Source: a virus (Duplodnaviria; Caudoviricetes). From it: DNA of 64,000 nt. A program made the position numbers and the translations under genes. Location: positions 32,001-96,000 of the IMG/VR virus record IMGVR_UViG_3300044557_000185. One strand, 5' to 3'. The number at the start of each line of letters is the position of its first letter. Position 1 is the first letter of the stretch. The notes under the pieces are model-generated. The model did not search any database. It worked only from the letters and a program-made list of their open reading frames with translations, and was not told where the DNA came from. Positions 59,624 to 64,000 of this stretch are shown piece by piece.

Positions 59624-60051
59624 TACTTAATCACTTCTTTTATTAGATCGATCAGCCATTGCTTTGGCATCCTGCTAGTAGAGACTGTTCCATCAATCTC
59701 ATCAAGCAGATCGCCATTGCTATCTTTCAGATCAAGCCTTTTAGCTTTTATGCTCATAATCTCTGGTGTAGATATGAGAGTGTCTCCTGCTTGAAGTATT
59801 CTGACATCTTCACTCATGTCTTTCGCAAATGGCGAATCGAATGAATACGAGCCATTGTCGTAGTCTAGCTTCCATAGCTCTCCAGGTTGTGGAATTCTGA
59901 TGACGCTAGTATTGACAGCCATGAATGCTGTAACATAACCGCTAGCTACATTGACAGATCCAGACATGAGCTTAGTGTCAAACGACACTACTACTCCCCA
60001 AGACTTATTCATATAACATAGCCTTTCTGCTCTTGAAGTCAGCATAAGCAT
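59623..60051 (-). CDS. hypothetical protein, possibly baseplate spike/OB-fold-like
   Basis: IRIPQPGELW motif; weak. Confidence 0.35.
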   Translation of the reverse strand: MLMLTSRAERLCYMNKSWGVVVSFDTKLMSGSVNVASGYVTAFMAVNTSVIRIPQPGELWKLDYDNGSYSFDSPFAKDMSEDVRILQAGDTLISTPEIMSIKAKRLDLKDSNGDLLDEIDGTVSTSRMPKQWLIDLIKEVIK

Positions 60052-60226
60052 CTTTCAGCACACAAGAGAATGCTAATACGTCTTCAGGATATGAGAATCG
60101 CATGTCATTGACTTCGCCATTAGAATCTGCTACTACAAGGACATCGTTCCCATTGCTGTCTTCTTCAAAATGATAAGAAAGAAGCGATGGCTTGCTTTCG
60201 TCTTCAAATACTATCTCTGTGCTCAT
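60005..60226 (-). CDS. hypothetical protein
   Basis: ATGA coupling. Confidence 0.55.
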   Translation of the reverse strand: MSTEIVFEDESKPSLLSYHFEEDSNGNDVLVVADSNGEVNDMRFSYPEDVLAFSCVLKDAYADFKSRKAMLYE

Positions 60227-60684
60227 TTTCTGATGCCAAACTTATGAGAGTCTGTCATAGTCCTATACTCTGCTCCAGCAACAGGATCTACATACAGCAG
60301 AATGGCCAGATACTTGTAGATAGTTATTGCTGACACATTGAACGCTTTGCTAGCATCTGCAACAGTATGCCCTTCTTTCACAAATTCTGCGATTTCTGAA
60401 ATCTTGTCAAGAAGCTCTTGCATGTCTTCTTTATGGTACTTACCGCCAATGCTCTTCATATTGTCTTCGAAGACATCGCTAGCAGATAGATCATGCTTGA
60501 AAAGATATGCTTTTATGAAGCGTCTTACATTGTATGGTGACTTGCCATACTGATTAGATGCGTCTTTGAAGCTCTTTCCATCATTGACATCTTTGATTAC
60601 AGACTCTACCATCTCATCAATCTGAGATGCTTTAGCGTCTAGCACTTTCTTATTGAACTGAAGTCTACTTTTCAAATCTTGCAT
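60223..60684 (-). CDS. tandem helix-turn-helix DNA-binding protein
   Basis: GKSFKDASNQYGKS..NV and GHTVADASKAFNVSAITIYKY. Confidence 0.7.
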   Translation of the reverse strand: MQDLKSRLQFNKKVLDAKASQIDEMVESVIKDVNDGKSFKDASNQYGKSPYNVRRFIKAYLFKHDLSASDVFEDNMKSIGGKYHKEDMQELLDKISEIAEFVKEGHTVADASKAFNVSAITIYKYLAILLYVDPVAGAEYRTMTDSHKFGIRK

Positions 60685-61210
60685 AATTGCTATCCAATTC
60701 TCTTAAATGCTTTGCAGCTAGCTCTACATCCTGCTTGTACATAGACATGACTATATCTGACTTGTTGCCAAGATTGAACTCTTGCTTGCAGAACAGGACT
60801 ACATCTAAACAATCGGCTGCTTTCACTAAATGCCACACTCTGCCATACTTGGATACTGAATAGTCGAACTTTTCTAGCTTGCTATTCAGTATCTTTTGCT
60901 CAGAATTATCATACGCTTCAGAAAAATGCGGATTGTCTACATGAGTATTGAATGGGATGTCAGCAAGCCATATCTCTGGCAAGTCATGCGTCAAAGCACG
61001 TTTCAAAGCATTCAATTGCTCGAATTCTGGAACGTCATAGACTTTGAATAGCAATAGCAGCAACTGAGCTACAGATCCATGATGCTCATAGAGATTCTGC
61101 CTATGCAAAGTAGGCTTTCCATTGTATCTGATTACATATGCTTGTCCGCTAATCTCATTAGCAGAATCGATTACTGAATCTACGATATCTTCGTCAGTCT
61201 GCATCAGCAA
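60665..61210 (-). CDS. HD-domain 5'-deoxynucleotidase-like protein (YfbR family)
   Basis: QNLYEH, ALTHDLPE and VKAADCLD motifs. Confidence 0.8.
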   Translation of the reverse strand: MLMQTDEDIVDSVIDSANEISGQAYVIRYNGKPTLHRQNLYEHHGSVAQLLLLLFKVYDVPEFEQLNALKRALTHDLPEIWLADIPFNTHVDNPHFSEAYDNSEQKILNSKLEKFDYSVSKYGRVWHLVKAADCLDVVLFCKQEFNLGNKSDIVMSMYKQDVELAAKHLRELDSNYARFEK

Positions 61211-61698
61211 GCCCCGATTCTTTCTGGTTCCTTACCATCTTTAAGATAAGAAGTAAGAGCTTCACTTGAAAGGAAGATATGCTTCATAGATTGTGCAAGC
61301 ATTAGATTGAATGGCACACCTTCTGGAAGCAATGGTGCAAAACCAAATGTTGGAATTCCTAAAGCAGAACCATAGCCGCATTCCCAGATAGTGCCAGAAT
61401 CAAGTCCTTCTGTAGAAGCAATAAGGACATCTGAACTTCGCATAGCAGAAAGATTTGCATCGAAATTAGCTTGTCGTTCAGCTTCTGTTGGATTCTTTCC
61501 AATCTGTGGAGAATCAAAACGCGGGTCAAAAAGCTCAAGTTCATCAAAAGAATGAAGAACATCCTCAAGCATATTCAAAGCTTTCATCTTATTTGGCGAA
61601 AACCATCCGGCGCACAAATAGGCCTTTATATTGCCTTCTGGCTTATCAATAGCTTGCCTGAATTCCTCTGAAACCTTCATATTACTCTCCATATTCAT
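61204..61698 (-). CDS. nucleoside 2-deoxyribosyltransferase / nucleotide N-glycosidase family
   Basis: YLCAGWF, DSGTIWECG and NLML motifs. Confidence 0.85.
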   Translation of the reverse strand: MNMESNMKVSEEFRQAIDKPEGNIKAYLCAGWFSPNKMKALNMLEDVLHSFDELELFDPRFDSPQIGKNPTEAERQANFDANLSAMRSSDVLIASTEGLDSGTIWECGYGSALGIPTFGFAPLLPEGVPFNLMLAQSMKHIFLSSEALTSYLKDGKEPERIGAC

Positions 61699-61725
61699 AA
61701 TAAAACTATTTAATATAATTATATA

Positions 61726-62274
61726 TTACTTATGCTGCTTTGTAAAACTAGATACATACCACGAACTAGTAGCTGAAAACTGGTTCTGATAGTGTGACTT
61801 GCTAGTACTTCCATACGGTTCAGAGCTAGCTTCATCCATAGAGTAGAAGCATATTTGTCCTATCTTCATTCCGCAAGTAAGAAGTATAGGATACGATGCT
61901 TCATTCTTTATCTCAAGAGTGATGTTGCCTTCAAAACCTGGATCAATGAAGCCAGCAGTTATATGAGTAGCTAATCCAATGCGACCAAGAGAAGATTTGC
62001 CCTCAAATCTTGCTCCGATGTTATTGGGAATTCTTACTTTCTCAATAGTAGAAGACAAGATGAATTCATTAGGCATAAGCTTGTACTGATGCGCTACTAG
62101 CTTAGTAGAATAGCATTTCCTTGTAAGACTCGTATCTCCAGGACATAGTATTTCTGCATCTGTAACAATGAATACGTTGCTTAATGTCAAATCATATGAC
62201 GCTGCTTGCAAATTGTCTTCATTGAATGGCTCAATAGCATTGATTCTTTTGATAGAAGTATCTGACAGAAGCAA
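61726..62274 (-). CDS. dcd: dCTP deaminase
   Basis: ASYDL, GKSSLGR, AGFIDPGFEGNITLE, YQNQ motifs. Confidence 0.92.
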   Translation of the reverse strand: MLLSDTSIKRINAIEPFNEDNLQAASYDLTLSNVFIVTDAEILCPGDTSLTRKCYSTKLVAHQYKLMPNEFILSSTIEKVRIPNNIGARFEGKSSLGRIGLATHITAGFIDPGFEGNITLEIKNEASYPILLTCGMKIGQICFYSMDEASSEPYGSTSKSHYQNQFSATSSWYVSSFTKQHK

Positions 62275-62277
62275 GAC

Positions 62278-62910
62278 TTAATCCTTAAGCTCTCGAACCT
62301 GGAAACGCTTAGATCCGTACTTGATTGTTCTGTAATTAGCAATGTCTGGATCAGATTCTACAGCATTATCAAAAAGCTGCTCATTCACATAGACTTGATT
62401 GTTGGCATTGTCCTCAATAATCTTCTTATTGACTTCTTGAAGCTCTGCCTTCAATCTGCTAGCTTCATCATCAAGCTTTTTGCGATCTGCTTTAAGCATT
62501 GGCTTGCCATTCTTGAATGTGACTTTTCTGTATACATCTGGATGATCTTTCTTAAGAGCATCTAGATCGTATTCTCTAGCTTTTTCTTTGCCACCTTCAA
62601 CTGAGAATTTCAGACTGTATTCATCAGATTCAAAAGTGCCAACTTGAATAGCGATATTCTTGATTTTGTCCAATGCTGCATTGAAATATGCTGCAAGCTT
62701 AGATGCATGAACATACGCATCAGAGTATGTCTTTACAGAAGCATCGCTTCTATCAGCTTTAGCTACAGCTTTTTCGAATCTTTCTAGATTGTCATTGTAT
62801 TCTGAAACTTCTTGAAGAACATCTTCTTTAGAAGCTTCTGATACCCAAGCTTTCATACTGCTGCTAGAAACCTCTGCAAATGGATGCCTTGGTACGATAG
62901 CTGTTTTCAT
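62278..62910 (-). CDS. hypothetical protein
   Basis: AAGGA RBS after a promoter; start adjusted. Confidence 0.65.
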   Translation of the reverse strand: MKTAIVPRHPFAEVSSSSMKAWVSEASKEDVLQEVSEYNDNLERFEKAVAKADRSDASVKTYSDAYVHASKLAAYFNAALDKIKNIAIQVGTFESDEYSLKFSVEGGKEKAREYDLDALKKDHPDVYRKVTFKNGKPMLKADRKKLDDEASRLKAELQEVNKKIIEDNANNQVYVNEQLFDNAVESDPDIANYRTIKYGSKRFQVRELKD

Positions 62911-62949
62911 TGCTTTTCCTTTCATTGATTGATTTATCTTTATATTTAT

Positions 62950-62978
62950 ATTATATACCATTTGCTTAAGATTGTAAA
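62950..62978 (-). promoter_or_regulatory. sigma70-like early promoter
   Basis: TTTACA-N17-TATAAT. Confidence 0.75.
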
Positions 62979-63003
62979 ATGCAGATGATATAATATGAAA
63001 CTA

Positions 63004-63483
63004 TTAAGAAAGAAGCTTATTAGCTTTGTTCATTTTTCGTTTTCCAATATGCTTTGTCTTCACATATTCTACATTGCAGTCTTTTACATCTGGCAATGAT
63101 GCAACGATACTGTATTTAGATTCGCCTATCTTTCTAAGAACAGCTATAGCTACATCTATGTCATCGATGTCTTTGCATAAAGACAAAGCATTGTCTACTA
63201 TGTACTTGAAAGCAACAGCTTGATTATGTCTTCCTCTTATGTATGTCGTATCATTCTCGTATACTATGACACAACCATATGAAGAAGCAATCTTAGCTAT
63301 TTCCATTCTTAGATCAGATGACATTGTAATGTCGAAAGCTATGTCTACTGATTTGTCTTCACTTACAATAGACAGTTTAGGAATAGTCTTAAGAAGTCTA
63401 GTCGCTAATGCTTTCTCTGTTTCAGATGCACCAGCATCGTTCTGAAATGCTTCTAAGACTTTTCTTAAAGACTGCTTATCCAT
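63004..63483 (-). CDS. hypothetical protein, DUF2786-like N-terminus
   Basis: LRKVL....ASETEKALA..LL. Confidence 0.45.
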   Translation of the reverse strand: MDKQSLRKVLEAFQNDAGASETEKALATRLLKTIPKLSIVSEDKSVDIAFDITMSSDLRMEIAKIASSYGCVIVYENDTTYIRGRHNQAVAFKYIVDNALSLCKDIDDIDVAIAVLRKIGESKYSIVASLPDVKDCNVEYVKTKHIGKRKMNKANKLLS

Positions 63484-64000
63484 TTGTCTATATTGCCGTT
63501 CTTATTGAAGTCGTCTAAAATAGCTATTTGCTCTGAAGATACATCGTCAAGAAGACTTCTGTCATTCTTGAAGACGCGCAATATGTTAGCAAATGATCTG
63601 TCATTCATGATGATGTATATGAAGTTCATGCATTGATAGATAGCGAATCTGTTGGTTTGATATTCAGAAAGCTTTCGTTTGTTGTAGAAGCAAAGATCTA
63701 TCATTTTCAGAATTTGATGAATATAGCACCACAGAACTTCTACAGGAATATTGTCTATGCCTTCATCAAACAAAATCTTCTGAACATCTAGCAATCTTGC
63801 AAAGGGAGTAGATGCATCAAAAACATCTGATGAATTAATGACGTTATGCAATGTATATTTGTAGATTGGTGTTGCAATTCTGTATATAGCGTCAGCATCT
63901 AGCAAAGTATCATAAGCAAAAGGTATGTCTACCCATCCAGCACCTTTAGCTTCTACAAAACGATGATTCTCTATAAAAGCAGAAGAGTAAAGAATAGACC
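63465..64000 (-). CDS. hypothetical protein, 5' end outside the window
   Basis: Frame is open to the window edge. Confidence 0.55.
   Translation of the reverse strand, partial: SILYSSAFIENHRFVEAKGAGWVDIPFAYDTLLDADAIYRIATPIYKYTLHNVINSSDVFDASTPFARLLDVQKILFDEGIDNIPVEVLWCYIHQILKMIDLCFYNKRKLSEYQTNRFAIYQCMNFIYIIMNDRSFANILRVFKNDRSLLDDVSSEQIAILDDFNKNGNIDKWISSL

Noticed and set aside
635-63445. Most plus-strand ORFs in the ORF track
   Set aside because: They are antisense shadows of minus-strand genes, without RBS or motifs. Only 30425..31308 is accepted.
1-64000. Alternative genetic code or stop-codon reassignment
   Set aside because: Core genes are full length under code 11. In-frame stops occur only in decayed fragments.

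Overview
This 64 kb window is part of a large, AT-rich tailed-phage genome with myovirus-type tail genes. Nearly all genes are on the minus strand. The head, tail and terminase proteins resemble, from recall only, those of Bxz1-like actinobacteriophages. The GH25 lysin, a DivIVA-like peptide and the fibre motifs suggest an actinobacterial, possibly bifidobacterial, host (inference). The window holds a scrambled structural region (about 1-38.3 kb), two homing-type endonucleases, a solo TnpB, and an early/accessory region (about 41-64 kb) with sigma70-like promoters and nucleotide-metabolism genes. The most unusual signals are: (1) ten dispersed intergenic copies of a fixed-length 86-bp imperfect palindrome centred on TATATAATTATATA; (2) a terminase large subunit split into two genes 17 kb apart, whose free ends resemble halves of a catalytically dead split intein, plus an intact mini-intein; (3) a promoter-driven, about 500-nt structured non-coding region closed by a perfect 13-bp stem; (4) two apparent captures of receptor-binding genes from small podophages, each followed by a decayed lysin fragment; (5) two acidic polyprotein-like proteins 38 kb apart that share KASVKKA linkers and a promoter motif. 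No database searches were run, so family calls rest on motif recognition.
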